64,000 nt of DNA from a virus. Taxonomy: Duplodnaviria; Caudoviricetes. Positions 20,682 through 30,500 of this stretch are shown piece by piece (the stretch's first letter is position 1; each line of letters opens with the position of its first letter). The stretch is from IMG/VR virus record IMGVR_UViG_3300033121_002101, positions 64,001 to 128,000 of that record; one strand, written 5' to 3'. The notes below the pieces were generated by a model. It had not been told where the DNA came from, ran no database searches, and saw nothing but the letters and a program-made list of their open reading frames with translations. Position numbers and translations under genes: made by a program.

Positions 20682-21320
20682 ATGAAATTTCGAGTTTGTA
20701 TTCTTGTTGTTTTGTTAGCTTTTTTTGCTTCATGCACACAGATTAAAATACAGCCGAAAGATTCTCATACTGCATTCATTAAGCTTTATGATCTAAACGG
20801 TGAACCGCTTGCGTTTGCATCTGGATGGTTTATAGCATCTAAGAATGGAGTTTCTATTTTAGCAACTGCAGGTCACGTTTGCTCAATGGTATCAGGTGGC
20901 AAAATAACAGAAACAGACAGAGATAATGATGATCGTGAAGCGTACCCAGTTTATTATGAAAATGATGATGATTCTGGGCTTGATGCTTGTTTGCTAATTG
21001 TTTTAGGAAATTCACCAAAAGTAATGAATGTTGGAAAAACATTCTTTGGTGAAACAGTTTGGTATGTTGGATGGCCTGCTGGACAAAAATCTCTTATTTA
21101 TGGACACACAGGAGAAGCAACAAGTGATGGTTACGTATCAATGGCTTTGCCAGCAGCTGGGGGAGCATCTGGTAGTGCAATTGTAGATGAATATGGCACC
21201 GTAGTTGGAATGATAGTAGAAGTAGATTTAAGATTCAACCAAATATCGTATGCTGTTTATGGCAAAAGACTGTTTGAGTTAAAGAGCATGGCAGAACAGA
21301 TAGTTGATCGTGTACAATGA
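20682..21320 (+). CDS. Trypsin-like serine protease with lipoprotein-type signal peptide
   Basis: Triad motifs TAGHVC, LDACLL, GGASGSAI; N-terminus MKFR + hydrophobic stretch + FASC. Confidence 0.85.
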   Translation: MKFRVCILVVLLAFFASCTQIKIQPKDSHTAFIKLYDLNGEPLAFASGWFIASKNGVSILATAGHVCSMVSGGKITETDRDNDDREAYPVYYENDDDSGLDACLLIVLGNSPKVMNVGKTFFGETVWYVGWPAGQKSLIYGHTGEATSDGYVSMALPAAGGASGSAIVDEYGTVVGMIVEVDLRFNQISYAVYGKRLFELKSMAEQIVDRVQ

Positions 21321-22225
21321 AAACAATACCAGAATCTTACAGGGAAATAAGGATAGAAGATATAGACAAAGCAATTCTTAATTGGTTTGATAGAATTGTT
21401 GATGCTCATGTTTCATTTCCTGACGGCCGTAGGTGGAAGGTTCCTGTAAACATTGGTATGAATGAAAGATGGTCTGCAGCAAAAGGTGGAATGCCTAGAG
21501 ACAGTGCTGGAAGACTTATACTACCGATGATTTCTGTTTCAAGAAAAGACTTAGACCCAACAAACGGAATGTTAGGTCTTGGATCAAATGTACCAAGACT
21601 GCAATTGTCAAAAAAAGTTTCAAGCAAAACAGACAATGCTATAAATGCAATTTCACTTAGAAGTCAATCTTTATTGTCAGCCGTACCTGTACGCACTGTG
21701 TACGAAGTTTCTACAATACCATTTCCATTCAATGGTCTTGCACACTATGAAGTAAAAATATATGCACAATACGTTGGGCATGTTAATACAATCATAGAAA
21801 GAATAATGTATGAACTTGAATTCTTTGATGTTCCATCATTCGTTGCACCAATAAAAGTAGACGGTTTGCCAGAAGGAACTGGTCCAACTGAGGGTGAGCT
21901 TGAAGAATCTGAACACTTACCATTTGAAGATAGAAAGCTTGGAGAAGATTATTACGTTTGCGGATACTTTGAGTCTTCATTTTCACCAAATGGAAATTCA
22001 GATGACTTTTCAGAGCAAGAAAGAGTCTTAGAATATGACTCTTCATTCATGGTTCCAGTATTTTTGCACTTAAATCCGCCTGATAAACATGAAGCAGTAA
22101 CGACAGAATACACATCTTTTGGGATAGAATTTGGTAAGGAAAAAGTCATTGTTCCAGATAATGAAGATGAAATTGAATTAATTTTATCTGGAAGACCAAT
22201 CGTTGAAAAAGTTCGCACCCGCTGA
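21317..22225 (+). CDS. Tail terminator/sheath stabiliser (T4 gp15-like)
   Basis: KVPV...ERW...LILPMISVSR pattern; directly upstream of sheath. Confidence 0.75.
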   Translation: MKTIPESYREIRIEDIDKAILNWFDRIVDAHVSFPDGRRWKVPVNIGMNERWSAAKGGMPRDSAGRLILPMISVSRKDLDPTNGMLGLGSNVPRLQLSKKVSSKTDNAINAISLRSQSLLSAVPVRTVYEVSTIPFPFNGLAHYEVKIYAQYVGHVNTIIERIMYELEFFDVPSFVAPIKVDGLPEGTGPTEGELEESEHLPFEDRKLGEDYYVCGYFESSFSPNGNSDDFSEQERVLEYDSSFMVPVFLHLNPPDKHEAVTTEYTSFGIEFGKEKVIVPDNEDEIELILSGRPIVEKVRTR

Positions 22226-22302
22226 GGCTTTTGCGAACTCTTGCTCTATAGTTAGAGACAACCTAGTGTTTTGTTTTTTATATTTGAGAGTGAGAATAAG
22301 AG

Positions 22303-24669
22303 ATGTCAAATACGTTTAGTTCACCCTCTGTTTCTGCCAACGAAATAGATCAGTCATTTAGCGCAACAGAAGGACCATCAAATGGTGCTGCACTTGTTGG
22401 TACTACACCAAAAGGTCCAGCTTTTAAACCTGTTGTTGTTAGAAAATTTGATGAATTTAGGCAAGTGTTTGGAGAACTTGATCCAGCACATCCGCTTACA
22501 TTCGCTGCATTTAACTATTTAAAGAACGGAAGTTCTCTAAGAGTTATTAGAGTTCTTGGTAACGATGACGGAACGTCAACTCAAACTGGATACAACGTCG
22601 ACGGAATTGTCGGCATTTCAGATGTAAGTGGAGCAATTGGTGCAACTGGATCAATTCTTGCTGAAATACACTATTCTGGAACAAAACCAACAGTCGTTGG
22701 TGTAGCTTCTGACGCAAACAGGTTTGTTATTTCATTTGGAAGCGTATTCTCAGCAACAGCTTCATTCCAAACAAGTTCAGCTGACTATATTGGAAAAGTT
22801 CTTAATACCGATCCAACGAAATATTCAACGTATTACCACTATGTCTCTTCAGTTTACAAGTATCAGCCGCAAGCAGCTTCTGCTTCATGGTGGTCTGTAA
22901 GTACGCTATCAGCATCATGGAAAACATTTGATCGTGACCACGAGCAAGGACAAACACCATGGTTCAAGTCACAATTGCTTGGTGGACAGGAATTTGATTT
23001 ATTCAAACTGTTTACGCGTGCAGATGGCCGTTCAACAAATGACGACGTAAAAGTTACAATCGCAAATGTTAGACCGTCTGCAAATCCAACAATTTATCCG
23101 TACGGCACATTTGATTTAGCAGTTAGAGATTTCAATGATTCAGATACAAGGCCAGTTGTTCTTGAGTCATTCACTGGATTGAACTTCGATCCAGATGATA
23201 GAAACTACATTCTAAGAAAAATTGGAGATGTTAACGAAACATTCTCAGATACAGAGAGAAAGTTCCAAGTAACTGATGGATCTTGGCCGGGTTCACCTGG
23301 TTCAAGATACATTAGAGTTAAACTTTCAGATTCTAACTTCCCAGCAGAAGCTCTTCCGTGGGGACACAGAGGATTTCCGAAGTTACTCTATTCTGGCTCT
23401 GCTGGTACAACAGGTGCAGGTGGACAGAACAAAGTTCCAGATCTGATTTACAATGCATTCCAACGTGATTCGCAAGGTAATCCAAATGATTTAGTTTGTT
23501 TCGGAGTACTCTTCGTTTCTGGCGGTGTTGCAGACAGAATGAGAGCATTCCCAGATATCCCAACAAGTGATGCTGCAATGACAGGATCAGATGCTGGCTT
23601 CTCACTCAAGGGACTTACATCATTCAGTGACAATGGAACTACACGCTGGTATTGGTCATCTGCTGGTACAGCATATCAGCCACTTTATGCATCTGGTTCT
23701 GTACAGAAGTTCACAGTTCCATTCTACGGTGGATTTGATGGGTGGGATTTAAGAGTTCAAAACCCAATCGGCCAGTGGACATTAACAAATGATGCGCTTG
23801 AAGCTTCAAGCATTGGTGTTGTATCTCTTAAGAGAGCAATCGATGTAATTCGCAATCCAGACTTACTTGACATGAACGTTCTTGCAATACCGGGTGTTCA
23901 CAACAAGAGAGTTACAGATTATGCACGTTCGATGGCGAATGAACGCAAAGATGTTCTCTACATCGTCGATGTTACAGGTTCAACTGTTTCTGAAGTTGAG
24001 TCTGCATTGACAGCTCGTGAGATTGATGACAACTACGCAGCATGCTATTATCCAGACGTAAAGCAAGAGCACCCAAATGTTCCAGGAAGACTAGTAAGAG
24101 TTCCAGCTTCAGTCGCTGCTATTGCTGCTATTGGTTACACAGATAGAGTTGCGCAACCATTCTTTGCACCAGCTGGTATGAATCGTGGTGGTTTAACAGA
24201 CAACTTTGGAATTAAAGATGTTGTTGACAGACTTGATTTCAAGGATCGCGATAGACTTTATGATGCAAGAATTAACCCAATTGGTACGTTTACAAAAGAA
24301 GGCGTTGTAATCTACGGACAAAAGACGCTGCAAGCAAGACCAAGTGCTCTTGATAGAGTAAATGTAAGAAGACTGCTTATTCTTGCAAAGAAGAGCGTTC
24401 TGCAAGAAGCAAAAGAATTACTGTTTGAACCGAACAATGCAGGAACATGGACACGCTTTGTCAACAAGGTAAATCCAATACTTGACCGTATTAGACGTGA
24501 CCAGGGAATCGAGCGCTTCCGTGTAGTGATGGATTCTACGACAAATACACCAGACATAATCGATCGTAATGCAATGTACGGAAAAATCATACTCCAACCA
24601 ACAAAAGCAGTTGAGTTTGTATCAATTGACTTTGTAATAACAAATGCTGGAGTTGCTTTCGGTAGCTGA
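22303..24669 (+). CDS. gp18: Contractile tail sheath protein (T4 gp18-like)
   Basis: SPSVSANEIDQS, KGPAF, FFAPAGMNRG, INPI, GQKTLQ, SALDRVNVRRL, PTKAVEF. Confidence 0.96.
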   Translation: MSNTFSSPSVSANEIDQSFSATEGPSNGAALVGTTPKGPAFKPVVVRKFDEFRQVFGELDPAHPLTFAAFNYLKNGSSLRVIRVLGNDDGTSTQTGYNVDGIVGISDVSGAIGATGSILAEIHYSGTKPTVVGVASDANRFVISFGSVFSATASFQTSSADYIGKVLNTDPTKYSTYYHYVSSVYKYQPQAASASWWSVSTLSASWKTFDRDHEQGQTPWFKSQLLGGQEFDLFKLFTRADGRSTNDDVKVTIANVRPSANPTIYPYGTFDLAVRDFNDSDTRPVVLESFTGLNFDPDDRNYILRKIGDVNETFSDTERKFQVTDGSWPGSPGSRYIRVKLSDSNFPAEALPWGHRGFPKLLYSGSAGTTGAGGQNKVPDLIYNAFQRDSQGNPNDLVCFGVLFVSGGVADRMRAFPDIPTSDAAMTGSDAGFSLKGLTSFSDNGTTRWYWSSAGTAYQPLYASGSVQKFTVPFYGGFDGWDLRVQNPIGQWTLTNDALEASSIGVVSLKRAIDVIRNPDLLDMNVLAIPGVHNKRVTDYARSMANERKDVLYIVDVTGSTVSEVESALTAREIDDNYAACYYPDVKQEHPNVPGRLVRVPASVAAIAAIGYTDRVAQPFFAPAGMNRGGLTDNFGIKDVVDRLDFKDRDRLYDARINPIGTFTKEGVVIYGQKTLQARPSALDRVNVRRLLILAKKSVLQEAKELLFEPNNAGTWTRFVNKVNPILDRIRRDQGIERFRVVMDSTTNTPDIIDRNAMYGKIILQPTKAVEFVSIDFVITNAGVAFGS

Positions 24670-24678
24670 TAGGTTTTT

Positions 24679-25140
24679 ATGAATAAAGCTTGGAAAATAT
24701 TAGAAGCATCTTTTGGATTGGGTAAGTTTGGAGATTATAGGTTTGATCAAGATTTAGAAGATCTGCCTTCAAAATCTCCAATGAGAATGTCAAGAAATGA
24801 TCAATATCATAATGACTACACTGATTCAAATGATAAAAAAAGTAGAAGAGATCATTTAGTTGGATCACCAAAAATAGGAGAAGAAAAATCAGCGAATTGT
24901 CCTATGTGCGGATCTGAAACTAATTCTGACTTAGGCGAAGCAGTTGGCGGAATGGACACATTTGATATTGGTGCTGGAGTTTCTGGGACAGATCCAACTG
25001 CATTAGATGAGCCAATCAAGCTTACAATTGGAAAGAAACAATTATCATTTACAGCAGATGACATGGTTGAACTTATCAAAAGCGGTGAGCTGCAAAAAAT
25101 GATACAAGCTAGAAAGATTAGAAAACTTCCAGGAGTGTGA
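24679..25140 (+). CDS. Hypothetical protein, possible internal head protein
   Basis: MNKAWKILE leader; CPMC motif. Confidence 0.6.
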   Translation: MNKAWKILEASFGLGKFGDYRFDQDLEDLPSKSPMRMSRNDQYHNDYTDSNDKKSRRDHLVGSPKIGEEKSANCPMCGSETNSDLGEAVGGMDTFDIGAGVSGTDPTALDEPIKLTIGKKQLSFTADDMVELIKSGELQKMIQARKIRKLPGV

Positions 25141-25628
25141 TTTCAATGAAAAGCGCTTGGCATTTGCTTTATGAAACATTAAGCACGGGTACAACTAGAG
25201 TTTTCAGAGGAACAAACAGTAGTAAAGATCAGCTTGATATTACTCACAGTGGCGGATCTGATTACGGTCCTGGTTTGTACTTTGCTACAAGTGTAGAAGA
25301 TGCAAAAATTTATGGTTACAGAATAGAACAGTATGATGTAATTGTGAATAATCCTATACACGTTGGTGAAAATGAAAATTTAGAACTGATTGAAAAATTA
25401 ATGAAAGTTCTAAAAATAGATGAAGAGATGATGATTGAAGGAAAAAACTGGTTGCAGCTGATGTCATTGGTTGGTGTATTAGTCGAAATCGGTCAGTTGT
25501 CATGGAAGAGTTTCATGAATTACTTGAAGAAATTGGGTTATGATGGAATTTATGTTCACAAACCTAAAAATGCTGCAGGCGAGTACATAGCTGTTTTTGA
25601 TAAATCACAAGTTAGTCCAGTAGTGTGA
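25137..25628 (+). CDS. ADP-ribosyltransferase-like protein (ART-PolyVal type)
   Basis: VFRGT, YGPGLYFA...AKIYG, GYDGI, EYIAVFDKSQV; alternative ATG at 25146. Confidence 0.7.
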   Translation: MISMKSAWHLLYETLSTGTTRVFRGTNSSKDQLDITHSGGSDYGPGLYFATSVEDAKIYGYRIEQYDVIVNNPIHVGENENLELIEKLMKVLKIDEEMMIEGKNWLQLMSLVGVLVEIGQLSWKSFMNYLKKLGYDGIYVHKPKNAAGEYIAVFDKSQVSPVV

Positions 25629-25725
25629 TTCACTTTAGTCTACCACATACTATTAAATCACCATGACCCTAGTTATCGTCAGAGCAGCTGATTGCTCATA
25701 TTAATGACTTAAATAGGAGAGTGAG

Positions 25726-26214
25726 ATGGCAGAGATACTTGAAACCCAGCAACTGCTGGCTAATACATACGAAGCTAAGCGTAAATTTCGCTGGATCCTT
25801 CAAATTGATGGAGTAGATGCGTTTGTTTTGAAAACGTGCCAACGCCCTCAGCAGACATTTGAAGAAACAGTTATTGATTATATCAATACTAAAAGATACC
25901 TGTCAGGAAAGGGCGCTTGGAATCCAATTTCAATTACGATGAATGATCCAATTGCTCCGTCTGCAGCGCAGAAAGTGATGAACTGGGTAAGACTAAACTA
26001 CGAACCGCTTACAGGAAGAATGGGTTACGCAGTACAATATAAGAAAGATATTTCATTAAAGATACTTGATCCAGCTGGTGTCGTTGTTGAACTTTGGGAT
26101 TTGATAGGTTGTTGGGTACAAGATTCAAACTTTGGTGACTTAGACTATTCTTCAAGTGATAACCTTGAAATCACAGCGACAATACGTTTTGACAATGCAA
26201 CACTGCAATTCTGA
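25726..26214 (+). CDS. gp19: Tail tube protein (T4 gp19-like)
   Basis: KRKFRW, WNPISITMND, W.L.GCW...FGDLDY...IRFD; strong SD; downstream of sheath. Confidence 0.92.
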   Translation: MAEILETQQLLANTYEAKRKFRWILQIDGVDAFVLKTCQRPQQTFEETVIDYINTKRYLSGKGAWNPISITMNDPIAPSAAQKVMNWVRLNYEPLTGRMGYAVQYKKDISLKILDPAGVVVELWDLIGCWVQDSNFGDLDYSSSDNLEITATIRFDNATLQF

Positions 26215-26220
26215 GGTATT

Positions 26221-26823
26221 ATGAAAGTTAGTGTAAAAAAAGCATTTCGGATATCTGAGGGTGTTGATGACGGTGACAAAGGAGCTGCACTTGATGCAAT
26301 TGGAGAACTCGAAGGTATAGCAGAGTCTTATAACAACGGAGAATACGCAAGTAGTTCAGAACTTGGAAGAGAACTTGTTAGCTGGTTTAAAACAAATGTT
26401 GATACGATTTTTGCTGCTCTTGGCATTGAAATGGCAAAAGATGAAGCTAAAAAACCACCTTTAGGATCTGGTGATAGGTTTCGTAATTTAACAAATCAAC
26501 TTGCAAATGAAGGAAAACCAAAAGCAAAAGAAGTTGACAAGTCACAAGAAGATGATGCCGAAGATAAAAGCAATGACAGTCAATTGCCAGATGATGTGAC
26601 TCAACAGATACGTGACTTAATTGATGCGTTAGAAAGAATAGTACCTGATGAAAATCCTGAAGGTGATGAAGCAGATACTGTGTTAGATGATGAACCGATT
26701 GGTGACGTTGAAGAAGAAGCTCATGATCCAGCAGCACTTGCTGCGTGGATAGGAAGAGAAAAGTACGGTAATAAAAGATTTCAAAAGTTAGCAATATCAG
26801 GTAAACGACGTTCAAATCACTGA
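26221..26823 (+). CDS. Acidic hypothetical protein, possible internal head protein
   Basis: MKVSVKKAFRISE leader; C-terminal DPAALAAWIGREKYG. Confidence 0.6.
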   Translation: MKVSVKKAFRISEGVDDGDKGAALDAIGELEGIAESYNNGEYASSSELGRELVSWFKTNVDTIFAALGIEMAKDEAKKPPLGSGDRFRNLTNQLANEGKPKAKEVDKSQEDDAEDKSNDSQLPDDVTQQIRDLIDALERIVPDENPEGDEADTVLDDEPIGDVEEEAHDPAALAAWIGREKYGNKRFQKLAISGKRRSNH

Positions 26824-26865
26824 TACAAGAATTTTTGTTGGCTAACATACCTACCTAATTGTAGT

Positions 26866-27171
26866 ATGTTAGCACACACAGCGATATTACCGATATTTCC
26901 TAAATGCGTTACTTCAAAAGAAATTGAATTAGACTCAAGCGGAACAAAAAAAGAAATACTATCAGAAAATGTTGACAGGCGATCATTTTGTGTTTTGAAC
27001 ACAGGTGAGTCGCCTGTTTATATTTCTGTAACAGATGAACATCCGACTTGGGTTTGCAAACCTAATGATCATTTTCAATCTCCTATTCCAACATATGTTG
27101 GAAAATTATATGCATGGTCTATAGATTACAAAACAAAAATAGTTGTAACAGAATTTTTTGTAAAGGAATGA
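26866..27171 (+). CDS. Small beta-rich protein (paralog of 18597-18911)
   Basis: RRSFCVLNTGESPVYI...PIPTYVGKLYAW. Confidence 0.65.
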   Translation: MLAHTAILPIFPKCVTSKEIELDSSGTKKEILSENVDRRSFCVLNTGESPVYISVTDEHPTWVCKPNDHFQSPIPTYVGKLYAWSIDYKTKIVVTEFFVKE

Positions 27172-27174
27172 AAA

Positions 27175-27555
27175 ATGCCAGATGTAAGTTACATTTTAAC
27201 AGTTATTTGTGTTGTTATATCTGCAATTTCTGCTTTTTCTTCATGGAAGAATAAAAAAACGAATAAATCATTTGTTGAAGAATTTAGCGATCAGCTTAAA
27301 TCGACTAGTACAAAAATAGAACAAGTTGAAGAAGCTGTAAAAACAATTTCAACGAATGTTGAAGAAACAGTAAAGACAATTAAAGAAAATGTTGAAAAAA
27401 CATCTATAAAAACAGAAGCGATTTCTAAACGCACTGATTCAATACCTGAATTGTTTTTCTCTAAATTTCTTGAACAAGTTCGTGCAATTGGCGAGCCAAA
27501 CGTACATATTCACGATATAGAAGTAATAGGTAAACGAGTTTTAAAGGAGCTGTGA
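27175..27555 (+). CDS. Single-TM coiled-coil protein
   Basis: N-terminal hydrophobic helix followed by VEE.VKTI heptad repeats. Confidence 0.6.
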   Translation: MPDVSYILTVICVVISAISAFSSWKNKKTNKSFVEEFSDQLKSTSTKIEQVEEAVKTISTNVEETVKTIKENVEKTSIKTEAISKRTDSIPELFFSKFLEQVRAIGEPNVHIHDIEVIGKRVLKEL

Positions 27556-27556
27556 A

Positions 27557-30500
27557 ATGCCACTGCACCCACCTGGGCCGCCTACAATAAATGTTTCTGG
27601 ATCAGATGCTGCTATAGTACCTGTATCCATTCAACCGCAAACAGTACCTGCGTCTTACGTAACAGTTAGACTTACGAATGGAGATTCATATTATACAGCT
27701 GGTGGAACATCTGTAAGCGGAGGAAGTGTATTAACTGCAGATCAAGGTTCTCCAAATACTATTGGAAATGCATGGCCAGTAAAAATAACAGATGGCACAA
27801 ACATTTATGGCTCTAGAACAGTACCGATACATAGCTTAATTGCGTCTGGCGGTATAGGTGTTGGCGTCAGTAGTGTTTCAAGTATAGGCGCATTACGTGT
27901 TGATGTTGTACAGACAACTGGAATGCCATCTGGTTCACTTACGGGATTACTTGTTGGCGGATTAAATGTAGCAAATTCAAATCCAGTTCCAGTCTCAGAT
28001 GCTGGTGGAAGCATTACAGTTGATGGCACGGTGACCGCTGCACAAGGTACAGCAGCAGCCATTGGGTCACCATGGCCAGTGATAATAGTGTCAGGCAGTG
28101 ACGCAGTAGGGACACAGACACATCCTACGTGGATTACTGGGTCTGTATCAATTACAAATCAAGCAGGTGCTGGTTCAAACGTAACTGTTTTATCTGGTTC
28201 ACTAACAGGTTTGCTCGTCGGAGGTGTAACACTTTCAAATGCAAACCCTGTACCGATTTCAGATGCGGGTGGAAGTTTAACGGTTGACGGAACTGTAGTT
28301 GTAACATCAACTGTAATAAATTCAGGATCAGTTGCTGGTGTTTTAATTGGCGGGCAACCAGCATCAAATGCAAATCCAATTCCAATTTCAGACGCAGGCG
28401 GAAGTATAACTGTTGACGGAACAGTAACAACAGCGCAAGGAACACCAGCAAGCATAGCTTTACCGTGGCCTGTAATCATTGTTTCTGGTAGTGATCCAGT
28501 AGGAACGCAAACACATCCAACGTGGATTACAGGCTCAGTTTCTCTTACAAACCAAGCAGGAGTCTCTGCTAATGTCACAACACAATCTGGTTCAGTTGCT
28601 GGATTACTGATTGGTGGACTCAGCGTTGCTAATTCAAATCCAATTCCTATTTCTGACGCTGGTGGAAGTATAACTGTAGACGGTACTGTAACTGTAACTT
28701 CAACTGCTATAAACTCTGGTTCAATTACTGGACTTTTAATTGGTGGTGTTGCACTTTCAAATGCAAACCCAGCTCCAATTTCAGATGCAGGTGGGTCGAT
28801 CACAGTTGACGGAACTGTAACTGTTACACAAGGTACAGCAGCTGGAATAGGCGCGCCATGGCCAGTTGTTTTGGTTTCTGGCAGTAACGTTGTCGGCTCA
28901 ACGACTAATCCGATATGGGTTACTGGTTCTGTATATACATTAAATCCGGGAGCTGCAGGTTCAAATGTAACTTCTCTTTCAGGTTCAATAACAGGATTGC
29001 TTGTTGGTGGACTCAACGTAGCGAATTCAAACCCGATACCAATCTCTGATGCAGGTGGATCTATTACTGTTGACGGATCGGTCACTGTCACATCTACTGT
29101 GATTAATTCTGGCTCTGTTGCAGGTGTCCTTATTGGTGGACAACCTGCAACAAATGCCAACCCAGTGCCAATATCTGATGCTGGTGGATCACTTACAGTT
29201 GATGGCACTGTTACAACGACGCAAGGTACACCAGCAAGCATTGGTTCACCATGGCCAGTAATACTTGTATCTGGCAGCAACGTTGTTGGTTCAACAACAA
29301 ATCCAATTTGGGTAACAGGATCTGTTTACACGCTTAATCCAGGTGGCGCAGGCTCAAATGTAACTGCTTTATCTGGGTCTATCACTGGATTACTTGTTGG
29401 TGGCTTGAATGTAGCAAACTCAAATCCAGTACCAATCTCAGACGCAGGTGGAAGCATTACAGTTGATGGAAGTGTTACTACAACTCAAGGAACAGCAGCA
29501 AGTATAAATGCTCCATGGCCAGTCATTATCGTTTCTGGTAGCGATCCTGTAGGGACACAGACTCACCCAACTTGGATTACAGGTTCAGTTTCTTTAACAA
29601 ACCAAGCAGGCGTATCTGCGAATGTTACAACACAATCTGGTTCAGTAATAGGATTACTTGTTGGTGGGCTCAACGTAGCGAACGCTAACCCAGTGCCAAT
29701 ATCAGACGCAGGCGGATCAATAACTGTAGACGGAACAGTCACAGCAACTGTTGTTTCAACTGTTATAAACTCTGGTTCATTAACAGGGTTATTACTTGGT
29801 GGAGTAGCTGCATCAAATGCAAATCCAATTCCTATTTCTGATGCTGGCGGATCACTTACAGTAGACGGTACTGTAACAGCTGCTCAAGGTACAGCTGCAA
29901 GTATAGGCGCACCATGGCCAGTTATTATTGTTTCAGGAAGTGACCCTGTAGGAACGCAAACACATCCAACATGGATTACAGGTTCTGTGGCTATTACAAA
30001 TCAAGCAGGTGTTTCTGCTAACGTGACAGTACAGTCAGGATCAACGACTGGGCTACTTGTTGGTGGACTCAACGTTGCAAATAGCAATCCAGTTCCAATA
30101 TCAGACGCAGGTGGAAGTTTAACAATTGATGGAACAGTTGCTGCAACACAAGGAACTCCAGCAGCAATTAGTTCACCGTGGCCAGTAATACTTGTTTCTG
30201 GCAGTGATGTAATTGGGTCTACAACTAATCCAATTTGGGTAACAGGGTCTGTTTATACGTTGAATACTGGAGCAGCAGGATCAAATGTAACAGCGCTTTC
30301 AGGTTCAGTTACAGGACTTTTATTGGGTGGGCTTAGTGTAGCGAATAATAACCCAATTCCTATTTCAGATTCAGGTGGATCAATAACTGTAGACGGAACA
30401 GTTACGGTCACTTCTACAATAATCAATTCTGGTTCAGTTTCTGGAATTCTTATTGGTGGACAACCAGCAACGAATGCAAATCCAGTTCCAATATCAGACG

